NCBI GenBank assembly: GCA_964644645.1
Contig: CAZXXH010000002.1
Location: 1 to 30,551, forward strand
Source: an uncultured Dehalococcoidales bacterium
GTDB taxonomy: Bacteria > Chloroflexota > Dehalococcoidia > Lucifugimonadales > Lucifugimonadaceae
DNA: 30,551 bases
Direction: 5' to 3'
How positions within the stretch are numbered: position 1 is the first letter of the stretch; every line of letters starts with the position of its first letter. Made by a program: the position numbers and the translations under genes. Below the pieces are notes generated by a model, which saw only the letters and a program-made list of their open reading frames with translations, searched no databases and had not been told where the DNA came from. Shown here in pieces: positions 9,334 to 18,855 of this stretch.

Positions 9334-10743
9334 ATGCCAAAAACTCTTTTCGAAAAAATATGGGATTCACATGTCGTCAGTGAAACTGAAGACCAACCGA
9401 CGTGTCTTTATATAGATCTACACTTGGTTCACGAAGTGACGTCACCACAGGCTTTCGATGGGTTGCGCATAGCCGGAAGACCCCTGCGACGACCCAATCT
9501 CACTATCGCAACGGCTGATCACAACGTCCAGACGACTGACCGATCAAAACCGATCGAGGACGAGATATCTAGGCGCCAGGTCGAGCTGCTTACGGAAAAC
9601 TGTAAAGACTTCGGAGTAAAACTTTTTGGTATGAATAGTCCCGGGCAGGGCATCGTGCATGTTATAGGCCCGCAAATGGGTTACACGCAGCCTGGCATGA
9701 CTATCGTTTGCGGTGATAGCCACACTAGTACCCACGGCGCGTTTGGTGCACTTGCTATGGGAATTGGCACGTCTGAAGTAGAACATGTCATGGCAACACA
9801 AACGTTGTTGCAACGCAAGCCCAAAACCATGGAAATAAAAGCTGACGGTGAACTGCCCTTCGGGGTGCGTGCAAAAGACCTGATCCTTGCCATAATTGGC
9901 GCGATTGGAGTCGATGGGGCTAGTGGACACGCTGTGGAATATAGAGGCGCTGCTATAAGTGGCCTTTCGATGGAGGGCCGCATGACAGTTTGCAACATGA
10001 CAATCGAAGGTGGTGGTCGTGCGGGAATGATTGCTCCTGATGACACCACGATCGAGTACTTGGAAGGTCGAACACATGTGCCTTCAGGGAGTGCTTTTCA
10101 GCAAGCCGCAGACGCATGGTTAGAACTTGGCACCGACAAAACAGCAAATTACGACAAGACCGTAGAGATTGACGCATCCACGCTTGAACCCCACGTCACT
10201 TGGGGCACAAATCCAGGTCAAGTGATGGGGATTAGTGGGTCCGTGCCGGATCCACTAAGCTACGGTGATCCAGGAGATCAAGACAACGCGGCTAGAGCAC
10301 TTGAGTACATGGCTCTAGAGGCAGGTACTCCTATGACCGAAATCATGCTCGACAGGGTGTTCATTGGATCTTGTACTAACGCACGTATTGAAGATCTACG
10401 TGCAGCTTCTAAGGTTGTCTTAGGCCGTAGAGTTGCACCGTCTGTTAGTGCCATGGTGGTGCCAGGGTCTACTGCAGTTAAGTTGCAGGCTGAGAAAGAA
10501 GGTCTCGACACTACGTTCCGACAAGCAGGATTTGAGTGGAGAGAAGCAGGATGCTCGATGTGCTTAGGTATGAATCCGGATATCCTCATGCCTGGCGAGC
10601 GTTGTGCTTCCACATCCAATCGTAACTTCGAGGGTCGTCAGGGTAAGGGAGGTCGGACCCATTTGGTTGGTCCAGAGATGGCTGCAGCATCCGCAATCGC
10701 AGGGCGTTTCGTCGATATTCGTAAATGGGACATAGATCTTTGA
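9334..10743 (+). CDS. leuC: 3-isopropylmalate dehydratase large subunit
   Basis: [25 protein letters not shown], Fe-S cysteines in GSCTN and [21 protein letters not shown]. Confidence 0.97.
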   Translation: MPKTLFEKIWDSHVVSETEDQPTCLYIDLHLVHEVTSPQAFDGLRIAGRPLRRPNLTIATADHNVQTTDRSKPIEDEISRRQVELLTENCKDFGVKLFGMNSPGQGIVHVIGPQMGYTQPGMTIVCGDSHTSTHGAFGALAMGIGTSEVEHVMATQTLLQRKPKTMEIKADGELPFGVRAKDLILAIIGAIGVDGASGHAVEYRGAAISGLSMEGRMTVCNMTIEGGGRAGMIAPDDTTIEYLEGRTHVPSGSAFQQAADAWLELGTDKTANYDKTVEIDASTLEPHVTWGTNPGQVMGISGSVPDPLSYGDPGDQDNAARALEYMALEAGTPMTEIMLDRVFIGSCTNARIEDLRAASKVVLGRRVAPSVSAMVVPGSTAVKLQAEKEGLDTTFRQAGFEWREAGCSMCLGMNPDILMPGERCASTSNRNFEGRQGKGGRTHLVGPEMAAASAIAGRFVDIRKWDIDL

Positions 10744-10775
10744 ATGCGACGGGCCCCTCGGGCTCATCACTCCGC

Positions 10776-11804
10776 ATGAATAAAGATAATCGACGCCTTT
10801 CCCGACTGCAAAACAAGCCTCCTAGGCGCGCTACGGCGGGCCTGTGGGGTCGCTTTAGTGGGCGCGAGGAACTTGAGCGTGCAAAGGCGCAGCGATATGA
10901 ACCGTACGGTTACGAATCAAATAGTGTGCACCTGAAAATTCTTGTGGTCTTAATGGCACTTTGGGTTTTAATGTGTTTAGCACTCGTTATCAGCACACAG
11001 TCGACAAGTTCACTGCTAGAACGCTGGCAAACTCAAGGATTTACTCAGGCCCCACCTGGAACCATGGAACTCGAAAACATGGTCGAGTTTGCACTGATGC
11101 ACTCAGTAGACTGCGGTTCCGTCGATGCAGTGTTAAGCCGTACGTCCGGTTGTGCTCAGGTAGAGCGATTTAGCATGGAATATGAAGACGCTGTGACAAA
11201 AGATAGCCTACTTTTTGTCGGACTGATGGCGATTATGGTTGTTATTGCTTTTCCTTTCACCTGGTTTACCCACCGCGCTTCTAGAAACCTGCTGACATTA
11301 AAGTCCGAGGGCCAAAGGTTCTCGCCCGAATGGGCTGTAGGTTGGCTATTTATACCGGTTATGAACCTATTGCGCCCCGCACAAGTGTTTTTTGAGTTAT
11401 TCAAAGCTAGCGAACTAACGCAACTTACTCAAGGGATACCGAGAGACTGGCCTAACAACCCGCGCCCTGTGCTTGTGTCAGTCTGGTGGCTCAGCGTTCT
11501 GGTCGCACTGTTTTTCAGTCCATTTATTTGGGGTCGAACACTGCCCAAATCTAATATCATGGATCTTATTCAATCCACGAGCATGATGGGCTGGATGTAC
11601 CTCGTGCTGGCCATACCGGCAATAACAGCGACGGCAATGCTCTATGCTTTGCATCAAAAGCAGCAAGCGAAATTTGCGGAGGTTGGTCCCAACACCGTTA
11701 CGCCCCCTAGACCTAAGCTGGACCCGCTAGAAGAGGCACTCAGTAAACTGCGCCATGAAAAGTCCGAAAGCGAACCTCAAACAGAGGTTGATCGAGGATC
11801 ATAG
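10776..11804 (+). CDS. Polytopic membrane protein with a DUF4328-like domain (ORF track starts at 10725, overlapping leuC; ATG 10776 preferred)
   Basis: About five hydrophobic segments. WFTHRASRNL...FSPEWAVGWLFIPVMNLLRPAQVFFELFKAS matches the DUF4328 pattern as I recall it. Charged N- and C-terminal tails. Confidence 0.7.
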   Translation: MNKDNRRLSRLQNKPPRRATAGLWGRFSGREELERAKAQRYEPYGYESNSVHLKILVVLMALWVLMCLALVISTQSTSSLLERWQTQGFTQAPPGTMELENMVEFALMHSVDCGSVDAVLSRTSGCAQVERFSMEYEDAVTKDSLLFVGLMAIMVVIAFPFTWFTHRASRNLLTLKSEGQRFSPEWAVGWLFIPVMNLLRPAQVFFELFKASELTQLTQGIPRDWPNNPRPVLVSVWWLSVLVALFFSPFIWGRTLPKSNIMDLIQSTSMMGWMYLVLAIPAITATAMLYALHQKQQAKFAEVGPNTVTPPRPKLDPLEEALSKLRHEKSESEPQTEVDRGS

Positions 11805-11806
11805 AT

Positions 11807-12403
11807 ATGGAACCGTTCGTCAAACTTACAGGGCTTGTAGCTCCCCTAGATCGATCCAATGTCGATACCGACCAGATCATACCCAAGCAGTTTCTCAAAC
11901 GTATTGAGCGTACGGGTTTCGGCCAATTTGCTTTCTTCGATTGGCGGTATCTTTCAGATGGTGCCCCGAATCCTGAATTTGTTCTAAATGCAATTTGTTA
12001 TAAGAAAGCTTCCGTACTTGTCACCGGTCGTAATTTTGGATCAGGGTCGTCTCGTGAGCACGCGCCGTGGGCACTGTTAGAGTACGGTTTCCGAGCGATC
12101 ATTGCCCCGAGTTTCGCCGATATATTTCGGAACAACTGTTACCAAAATGGTATCTTGCCAGCCATTCTAGATAAGGAAGATGTGGACGATATCATGGACC
12201 GGGCTCTGAGTGGAAATGGATATTCAGCCACCGTAGATTTAGAGTCACAGACAGTGAAGGACGAGTTCGGCCTACAGGCTCATTTCGATATTGATCCGTT
12301 CCGCAAGAATTCGTTAATGAAGGGTCTAGACGACATAGGCAGGACTATGGAATTGGAGCACAAAATCACCGATTACGAGCGCAGCCATCCCGCTCGATTT
12401 TGA
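11807..12403 (+). CDS. leuD: 3-isopropylmalate dehydratase small subunit
   Basis: NVDTDQIIPKQFLK, NFGSGSSREHAPWAL, APSFADIFRNN, KGLDDIG. GAGGA at 11794-11798. Confidence 0.97.
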   Translation: MEPFVKLTGLVAPLDRSNVDTDQIIPKQFLKRIERTGFGQFAFFDWRYLSDGAPNPEFVLNAICYKKASVLVTGRNFGSGSSREHAPWALLEYGFRAIIAPSFADIFRNNCYQNGILPAILDKEDVDDIMDRALSGNGYSATVDLESQTVKDEFGLQAHFDIDPFRKNSLMKGLDDIGRTMELEHKITDYERSHPARF

Positions 12404-12430
12404 TAGATTGCTGTAGTTAGGAGAATCATA

Positions 12431-13543
12431 TTGCGTGCAACCATAGCCGTTATTGGTGGAGATGGGATAGGCCCCGAGGTAACAGCCGAATCTGTCAAGG
12501 TCTTGGAGGCCGTAGCAGAGCGCTATAGCCACACGTTCGCTTGGCGCACCGGGACGATGGGTGGCAATGCGATAGACCGATTTGGGATTGCTCTGCCAGA
12601 TGATACGCGTGAGATAGTAGCCAGTTCAGAAGCAGTTCTGTTTGGAGCGGTAGGGGGTCCGAAATGGGACGATCCGGAAGCTCCAGTCCGTCCGGAAGAT
12701 GGAATTCTGGAGCTGAGGAAACGATTGGGTCTCTTTGCTAACTTGAGGCCCGTAACCGTGTACCCCGAACTGATTTCGTCCAGTCCATTGCGTCCCCATC
12801 TCTTAGAAGGGGTAGATATGATGATTGTCAGAGAACTGACAGGAGGGTTGTATTTCGGTAAGCCGAAGAAGCGTTGGGCTAACTCACGAGGTAGGAAAGC
12901 TGTAGACACCTTGTCGTACTCTGAGCGTGAGATCGAACGAGTTATCCGAGTAGGCTTTGAGTTAGCACGCTCTCGAAGGAAACGCCTCCATTCCATCGAC
13001 AAGAGAAACGTGCTTGAGACCTCTCGACTATGGTATGAGATAGCCTGTGCTGTCAGGACAGATTATCCGGATGTGGAGTTGCGGCATCTTTTGGTGGACA
13101 ACGCAGCGATGCAGCTTGTACGTGCCCCGCAAGAGTTTGATGTGGTAGTAGCCGAGAACATGTTCGGAGATATTCTCTCAGACGAAGCCGCTGTGATAGG
13201 TGGATCGATGGGCATGCTGCCATCCGCCAGTTTGTCTAGTCTGCCACCTTCCTCAGAAGGCAGAATCAGTCGCAGGCGTAGTAAGCCAGCCCTGTATGAG
13301 CCAATCCACGGCACAGCGCCAGATATTGCAGGCCAAGGTGTTGCCAATCCAATAGCGTCCATACTGAGCTCTGCCATGATGTTGCGGTGGTCATTTGGTC
13401 TTCACATGGAAGCGGGAGCTATAGAAGGGGCTGTGAATAGCGTGTTATCAGACGGCTATCGTACCGCCGATATAGCGCGAGATGGTGAACCAACGTGCTC
13501 TACAGGGCAAATGGGAGATTTGATTGCTGGACGAGTTGCTTAA
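12431..13543 (+). CDS. leuB: 3-isopropylmalate dehydrogenase
   Basis: GDGIGPEV, LFGAVGGPKWD, LRKRLGLFANLRP, RELTGGLYFG, NMFGDILSDEA, YEPIHGTAPDIAG. TTG start with AGGAG at 12419-12423. Confidence 0.96.
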   Translation: MRATIAVIGGDGIGPEVTAESVKVLEAVAERYSHTFAWRTGTMGGNAIDRFGIALPDDTREIVASSEAVLFGAVGGPKWDDPEAPVRPEDGILELRKRLGLFANLRPVTVYPELISSSPLRPHLLEGVDMMIVRELTGGLYFGKPKKRWANSRGRKAVDTLSYSEREIERVIRVGFELARSRRKRLHSIDKRNVLETSRLWYEIACAVRTDYPDVELRHLLVDNAAMQLVRAPQEFDVVVAENMFGDILSDEAAVIGGSMGMLPSASLSSLPPSSEGRISRRRSKPALYEPIHGTAPDIAGQGVANPIASILSSAMMLRWSFGLHMEAGAIEGAVNSVLSDGYRTADIARDGEPTCSTGQMGDLIAGRVA

Positions 13544-13612
13544 GGATTTCAGCGTTATTTGTTGTTATGCAACTGCTGATCTGATAATGGGCAGTTAACC
13601 AAACAGGGCTGA

Positions 13613-13640
13613 TTGGACAGTTGTACAGCGGCGATATATT
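13613..13640 (+). promoter_or_regulatory. Candidate promoter for the acylase-MaoC-CoA-transferase genes
   Basis: TTGGAC (13613-13618), 16 bp, TATATT (13635-13640), in the 188-bp gap after leuB. Confidence 0.35.
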
Positions 13641-13668
13641 GTTTCGTTTCTAACGAAAGACATTCAAA

Positions 13669-13689
13669 CAGGTTGTCTTCAGGTTGTCT
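13669..13689. repeat. Perfect 10-bp direct repeat CAGGTTGTCT x2, period 11 bp
   Basis: Copies at 13669-13678 and 13680-13689, read directly from the sequence. Confidence 0.75.
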
Positions 13690-13731
13690 GAAGCCGCTTG
13701 GGTTGCCCAGTGTTTCTAGGGTTACGTTTAG

Positions 13732-16146
13732 GTGCTGAACCCCAAATCTTACGATCTACAATCCGCTCTTCCGGATCTGACTTCACCTTTTCATTTGTCC
13801 CAGTTGAAGGGTCGTGTGGAGGTTTTCAGGGATAATTGGGGCATACCTCACGTTCGAGTTGGCTCAGAGCGGGATGCTTTTGTAGCACAAGGGTTTGTTA
13901 CTGCTCAGGACAGGCTATGGCACATGGACCTAGACCGACATAGGGCCTTGGGACGTAGAGCTGAATTTCTGGGACAAACGCGATTGCCGCGCGATCGGGT
14001 TTTGAGGCGTATGAGGATCGAACGGGCAGCGCGCGCTGATTATGAAACGTCGAGTCCTGCCGCACGAGCGATGCTCGACTCCTTCGCGGATGGGGTGAAC
14101 GCATTTATAGATTCCACTAAAACGTTGCCAATCGAGTACTCGATTCTCGGTACTTGTCCTGAATTTTGGGAACCTTGGCACGGTTTGGCGACTTACAAGA
14201 TTCGCAACATGTTGATGGGCACATACGAGGGAAAACTTTGGCGCGTTCGTGCCGCTCGGGCGCTCGGTCCAAAGAAGGCTGCCGCACTGTTCCGCGGATA
14301 CCAAACAGGTCATTTGATCACTATTCCTTCTGGCAAGGTTTTTGATGGACCGGACGAGAACTGTGTCGAAGAGTTAGTAAGAGGCGTTTCTTTGTTGGAG
14401 GAGATAGGTGCAGGTATCGAGGGTGGAGCGGACGCACTTTTTGACAGTCTTGGTCTGTCGGCGGAACTGTTTGGCACATTGTCACAGGCAGATGCAGGTA
14501 GTAATTCATGGGTGATTGCCGGAAACCGCACACATTCGGGTTTGCCGCTGGTAGCTGGGGACTCACACCGTGGGTTAGACGTACCAAACGTTTACTATCA
14601 AATTCATTTGACCTGTCCTGATTGGGCGGTAAGTGGATATTCCGTGCCCGGACTACCTGGAGCACCACACTTTAGCCACACGGAATTTGTGGGATATGGC
14701 ATGACCCATGGACAAGCCGATTATCAGGATCTGTTTGTGGAGAAATTTCGGGAACGAGAAGGGCGTCTCGAATACTTTTTCAAAGGCCGTTGGCTGGTTG
14801 CAGATGTGTCTGTGGAGGAAATTAGCAGTTTAGATGGCGGGAAAGAAAAGGTAGAGAATTTTCCTACACATCATGGAGGAGTGATAGTTGGTGAACCTCG
14901 TAAGGGGTGGGGGATTGCGTTAAGTACAACCGGTACGAACCAGGGGACACCATGGGCTGATTCCGTTTACCTGGCTCTGAGGGCTAGGTCGGCAGATGAC
15001 CTGGAACACGCGATGCGCGAGTGGACGGAGCCAGTTAACAATTTCACTTATTGTGATGTTACCGGCAATTTTGGTTATCGGTTACGGGGTAGGATACCTG
15101 TAAGGCATACCTCGAATCGTTGGTGCCCAGTTCCAGGTTGGGACGGTAAACACGAGTGGTTGGGGATGATTCCGTTTGACGATATGCCCGCTGTTCGTAA
15201 CCCGGATTCCGGTTACGTTGTGACTTGCAACCAGCGCGTTAGTGCAAGTAGTTATCCACACTATTTAGGTATTGATTTTGCTCCCGAATATCGGGCGAAA
15301 CGTATTACTGATCGTCTATATGAGCTTCCCGTAGGTGAAGCTAATGTTGCAGATATGTCAGGTATACATGGAGATCGAATATCCATTCCGGCTCGTGCGT
15401 TCGTTGACATTGTAAGATCTCTAAGCCCAGAGACCGGCTCACTAAGCGATGCACGGCAGCGCCTATGCGACTGGGAGTTTTCTATGGACCGCGGCGCTGC
15501 TGCCGCTGCGATCTACAGTGCAGCGATGACTCATTGGTTAATTGCGGTTGTTAATGGACAACTTGGAGCGTTAGCGGATGAGGCGTTATCGGCTAATGGA
15601 CGAGGAGCCGCCGTCACTGTTTCACAGATTTATACCAGGGCTGTGACAGCAATGACGAAAAGTGATAACGGACCCTTGGAGGCCGGAGGAAGCTGGGCTG
15701 ACCTAGTTGAGGAGTCTCTAATTGCGGCTGTTCGTGATCTCGAAGTTCGTTTGGTCAAAGACATGCGTAGTTGGTGTTGGGGAGATATTCACCATACACG
15801 ACCTGTCCACCCGCTCGGTCAACTGTATCCAGAATTATCCGAACTATTGAACCCCAAGCAGGTTCCAGTTGGGGGCGACCAAGATACCCCTCAGCAGGGA
15901 GGATATTCCCGTAATGATCGTTTTGTGGCTACAGGAATGTCTGTCAACCGCTATGTACACGATCCCGCAGACTGGAGTCACTCAAGATGGATTGTGCCCT
16001 TAGGTTCATCTGGTCACCCCGGTAGTCCACACTACGCTGACCAGGCGCATATGTGGGCCGCGGTTGAAACGATTCCCCAATTGTGGGACTGGGATGAAAT
16101 CGAGAGAGTTTCTGAGTCTCGACAACTTCTTGAGCCACAATCGTAA
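13732..16146 (+). CDS. Penicillin acylase family Ntn-hydrolase (peptidase S45), apparently cytoplasmic
   Basis: 804 aa. RDNWGIPHV, AQGFVTAQDRLWHMD, and beta-subunit N-terminal nucleophile SNSWVIAG (Ser codon 14500-14502). Also NFTYCDVTGNFGY, NPDSGYVVTCNQ and GSSGHPGSPHYADQ. No signal peptide evident. Confidence 0.92.
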   Translation: MLNPKSYDLQSALPDLTSPFHLSQLKGRVEVFRDNWGIPHVRVGSERDAFVAQGFVTAQDRLWHMDLDRHRALGRRAEFLGQTRLPRDRVLRRMRIERAARADYETSSPAARAMLDSFADGVNAFIDSTKTLPIEYSILGTCPEFWEPWHGLATYKIRNMLMGTYEGKLWRVRAARALGPKKAAALFRGYQTGHLITIPSGKVFDGPDENCVEELVRGVSLLEEIGAGIEGGADALFDSLGLSAELFGTLSQADAGSNSWVIAGNRTHSGLPLVAGDSHRGLDVPNVYYQIHLTCPDWAVSGYSVPGLPGAPHFSHTEFVGYGMTHGQADYQDLFVEKFREREGRLEYFFKGRWLVADVSVEEISSLDGGKEKVENFPTHHGGVIVGEPRKGWGIALSTTGTNQGTPWADSVYLALRARSADDLEHAMREWTEPVNNFTYCDVTGNFGYRLRGRIPVRHTSNRWCPVPGWDGKHEWLGMIPFDDMPAVRNPDSGYVVTCNQRVSASSYPHYLGIDFAPEYRAKRITDRLYELPVGEANVADMSGIHGDRISIPARAFVDIVRSLSPETGSLSDARQRLCDWEFSMDRGAAAAAIYSAAMTHWLIAVVNGQLGALADEALSANGRGAAVTVSQIYTRAVTAMTKSDNGPLEAGGSWADLVEESLIAAVRDLEVRLVKDMRSWCWGDIHHTRPVHPLGQLYPELSELLNPKQVPVGGDQDTPQQGGYSRNDRFVATGMSVNRYVHDPADWSHSRWIVPLGSSGHPGSPHYADQAHMWAAVETIPQLWDWDEIERVSESRQLLEPQS

Positions 16147-16213
16147 GACGCCTCCCGATAATCAATCGGATGTGTTCAAGATGGCCTGGGGATATTAACT
16201 GAAAGGAAGCAGT

Positions 16214-16696
16214 GTGAGGTTCGGCAGGTTCTTTGAAGATTTTATTGTTGGAGAGATCATCAAGCATTGGCCTGGTCGTACCATCACGGAGGCTGATAAT
16301 ACTTGGTTCTCCCTACTGACACAGAATCAGCATCCTCTTCACATAGACGACCATTATGCACAGTCTTCCACTCATTATGGACGTCGTGTAGTCAACGGAA
16401 CACTGGTGTTTGCAATCGCGGTTGGTCAGACCGTGGCTGATATTTCAGGACGTGCGATTGCCAATCTTGATTATGAGTCAATAATGCACCACGCACCTAC
16501 ATTTCACGGGGACACAATTTACACCGAGAGTACGACATTGGACGTGAGTCGCAGTTCAAAAATGGATCGTGGTGTTATACGAGTGGAAACTCGTGTAACA
16601 AACCAGCAGGGCACATTGGTTATGACCTTCAGAAGGCATGTGCTGGTGGCCATGCGATCACACGCAACACTCGGTGCGGAAACGCTTCGAGACTGA
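16214..16696 (+). CDS. MaoC-family (hot-dog fold) acyl-CoA hydratase/dehydratase
   Basis: GRFFEDF...GRTITEADNTWFSLLTQNQHPLHID carries the hydratase-2 D-x4...N-x2-P-x-H motif, plus PTFHGDTIY. GTG start with GAAAGGA upstream. Confidence 0.9.
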   Translation: MRFGRFFEDFIVGEIIKHWPGRTITEADNTWFSLLTQNQHPLHIDDHYAQSSTHYGRRVVNGTLVFAIAVGQTVADISGRAIANLDYESIMHHAPTFHGDTIYTESTTLDVSRSSKMDRGVIRVETRVTNQQGTLVMTFRRHVLVAMRSHATLGAETLRD

Positions 16697-16767
16697 ATTA
16701 CATTTCACGAGCTTTCGAATCAATAAATCCGAGTCAACCCATAAGACGTTCGTTTGAGTATTTTGAC

Positions 16768-17970
16768 ATGACTACAAACCGACCGCCTCTACACGGGGTA
16801 CGAATACTTGCAGTCTCTCAGTTTGGAGCAGGGCCGTTTGGCACTATGGCGCTTTCTGATTTGGGCGCGGAGGTGATCAAGATAGAAAATCCCGCAACCG
16901 GAGGAGATGTGGCTAGGTATGTACCGCCAAGTGCCGGAGAAGGAGATTCACTGTATTTCCAAGCTTACAATCGGGGCAAATAATCTTTGACTTTGGACTT
17001 AGACTGTGAGTCGGGGCGTTCGGTACTATTTGATCTAGCCCGAAAATCGGATGTTTTGTTTAACAATCTGCGTGGTGATCTTCCTGCCAGACTTGGCCTC
17101 CAATACGAGGTATTAAAGGGAGTCAATCCTGCGATAGTGTGTTGTTCGCTATCTGGATTCGGTCTCAACGGTCCACGGATCGCAGAATTTGGGTATGACC
17201 CATTAATGCAAGCATATGCGGGGCACATGTCGATGACCGGAGAACCTGATGGAGTCCCCACGCGTTCAGCGATTTCTTATATCGACTTCACTGCGGGTTA
17301 TGTTGCTGCGCTGGCCATAATGGTGGGTCTGTTCGACGCGCGCCGCACGGGTGTGGGACGCGATTTAGATGTGTCACTCTTCGATACAGCACTAGCAATG
17401 TTGACTCATCAAGCAGTGTGGGCCATGAATAGTGACTGGGAGCCGCGTCGTGTCGAACGATCTGCTCATCCGTCGTTAGTGCCCTCTCAAATATTCCAAA
17501 CCAGCGATGGTTGGATTGCAATTTTCTGTGGGAAGGAAAAATTCTTCAGAGCACTGGTGGATAGACTTGATTTGGGCGGTTTAGCTGACGAACCTCTTTT
17601 TTCATCATTCGATGCACGCTTCGAAAACAGACAAACATTAATCGAACAGTTGCAAGTCAAATTCATAACGGAATCGACGAGTGAGTGGATAGAGCGTTTG
17701 GGGGAAGTTGTTCCATGCGCCCCTGTGAACGATATTTATGATGCTCTATACGATAAACAGGCGCGTGCGCGTGGGTCTATATCATCTATAGATCACCCGA
17801 AATTTGGATCGATTAAACAAGTATCAGGAGTAGTACGTACGACGGGTATCCCCAACAAAATGACGCCCGGACCGGTATTGGGAGAACATACAGATGAGTT
17901 GCTTACCGGTCTACTCGGCTACCAGGAAAGTCAAGTCAAAATACTCAGGGACTCAGGCGTAATCCTCTGA
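16768..17970 (+). pseudogene. Family III (CaiB/BaiF) CoA-transferase with one in-frame TAA at 16981-16983
   Basis: ORFs 16768-16983 and 16987-17970 are in the same frame. The join reads YNRGK*SLTLDL, matching the family NRxKxS motif. PLHGVRIL...AGPF...DLGAEVIKIE, NNLR and the catalytic Asp region (SYIDFTAG) are present. Read through, the protein is 400 codons. Confidence 0.88.
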
Positions 17971-18260
17971 TTTACGTACATTCTCACTGGAGCCAATCCT
18001 CTAGGCCGGTTAGCTGGTTATTGGAAATCAACCTCGGGCAGCGTGAAGTAAGAAACGGTTTGTCCTAGGAGTACTACCTCCCTGTCCGTGTTGTGTCAGC
18101 CTGCTACATAGCGCTTATAGTATTTTGCATGTCTGGTCCTGATATTCACTACGAACTAATTGACAGTGGGATTTAAACTTGATGCGTCGACGGGTAGTAT
18201 CTAATAGAAGCGTCGGCACCGACTGATGGACTATTCTGCCCAACATAAACTGGTGCATTA

Positions 18261-18737
18261 ATGGAGTCTCAATTGCAGTTGACAATACCTAAGCGGCAAC
18301 TGGCTGAGATCATATCTCACGCTTACGAGACTGATCCAGAAGAATGTTGTGGAGTTCTGTTTGGCAGGGATGGAACAATTTTACTTAGCCGTCCGATTCC
18401 CAATGTTCACCGTAACAGGATAAGCCGCTACATGATGGATCCTCTTGTGCTTTTGCAGGCGGAACGGGAAGCTGACACACGCGGTGAGCAGTTAACTGCG
18501 ATTTACCATTGCCATACATACTCACAAGCGTACCCATCAGAAATAGATACCAAAAATGCTGTCGAATCTGGTTGGACGGACCCCTTCTACGTGCTTATTT
18601 CACTTGTTGAGAAGACGCGTCCTGTCGTAAGGGCTTTCAAAATTACGGATGACGGGCAGGTATGTGAAGTGACAATTAAAACCGATGGGGAGCAGTATAT
18701 TGGTGGTCATCTATCGGACGACACGCAGTCAAACTAA
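18261..18737 (+). CDS. JAMM/MPN+ (M67, Mec-like) metallopeptidase
   Basis: PEECCGVL with the catalytic Glu, and the JAMM motif H-x-H-x7-S-x2-D as YHCHTYSQAYPSEID (18504-18548). Confidence 0.9.
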   Translation: MESQLQLTIPKRQLAEIISHAYETDPEECCGVLFGRDGTILLSRPIPNVHRNRISRYMMDPLVLLQAEREADTRGEQLTAIYHCHTYSQAYPSEIDTKNAVESGWTDPFYVLISLVEKTRPVVRAFKITDDGQVCEVTIKTDGEQYIGGHLSDDTQSN

Positions 18738-18831
18738 ATCTGGGCACACCGATACGCATCAATTTCTGGCGTGCTATCGCTGTAGTGATTCCATCCTGTC
18801 AATGTGTGCACCAATGATCAGAGTTATTTAG

Positions 18832-18855
18832 TCGAGCTAGGTGTGTCTAGCTCGA
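18832..18855. terminator. Perfect 9-bp hairpin overlapping the cimA stop codon, between convergent genes; possible terminator or stability element
   Basis: TCGAGCTAG-GTGTGT-CTAGCTCGA. No clean U tract on either strand. Confidence 0.35.

Noticed and set aside
16981-16983. Reassigned TAA (alternative genetic code)
   Set aside because: TAA terminates ilvC (7509-7511), leuA (9175-9177) and leuB (13541-13543) at their expected ends.
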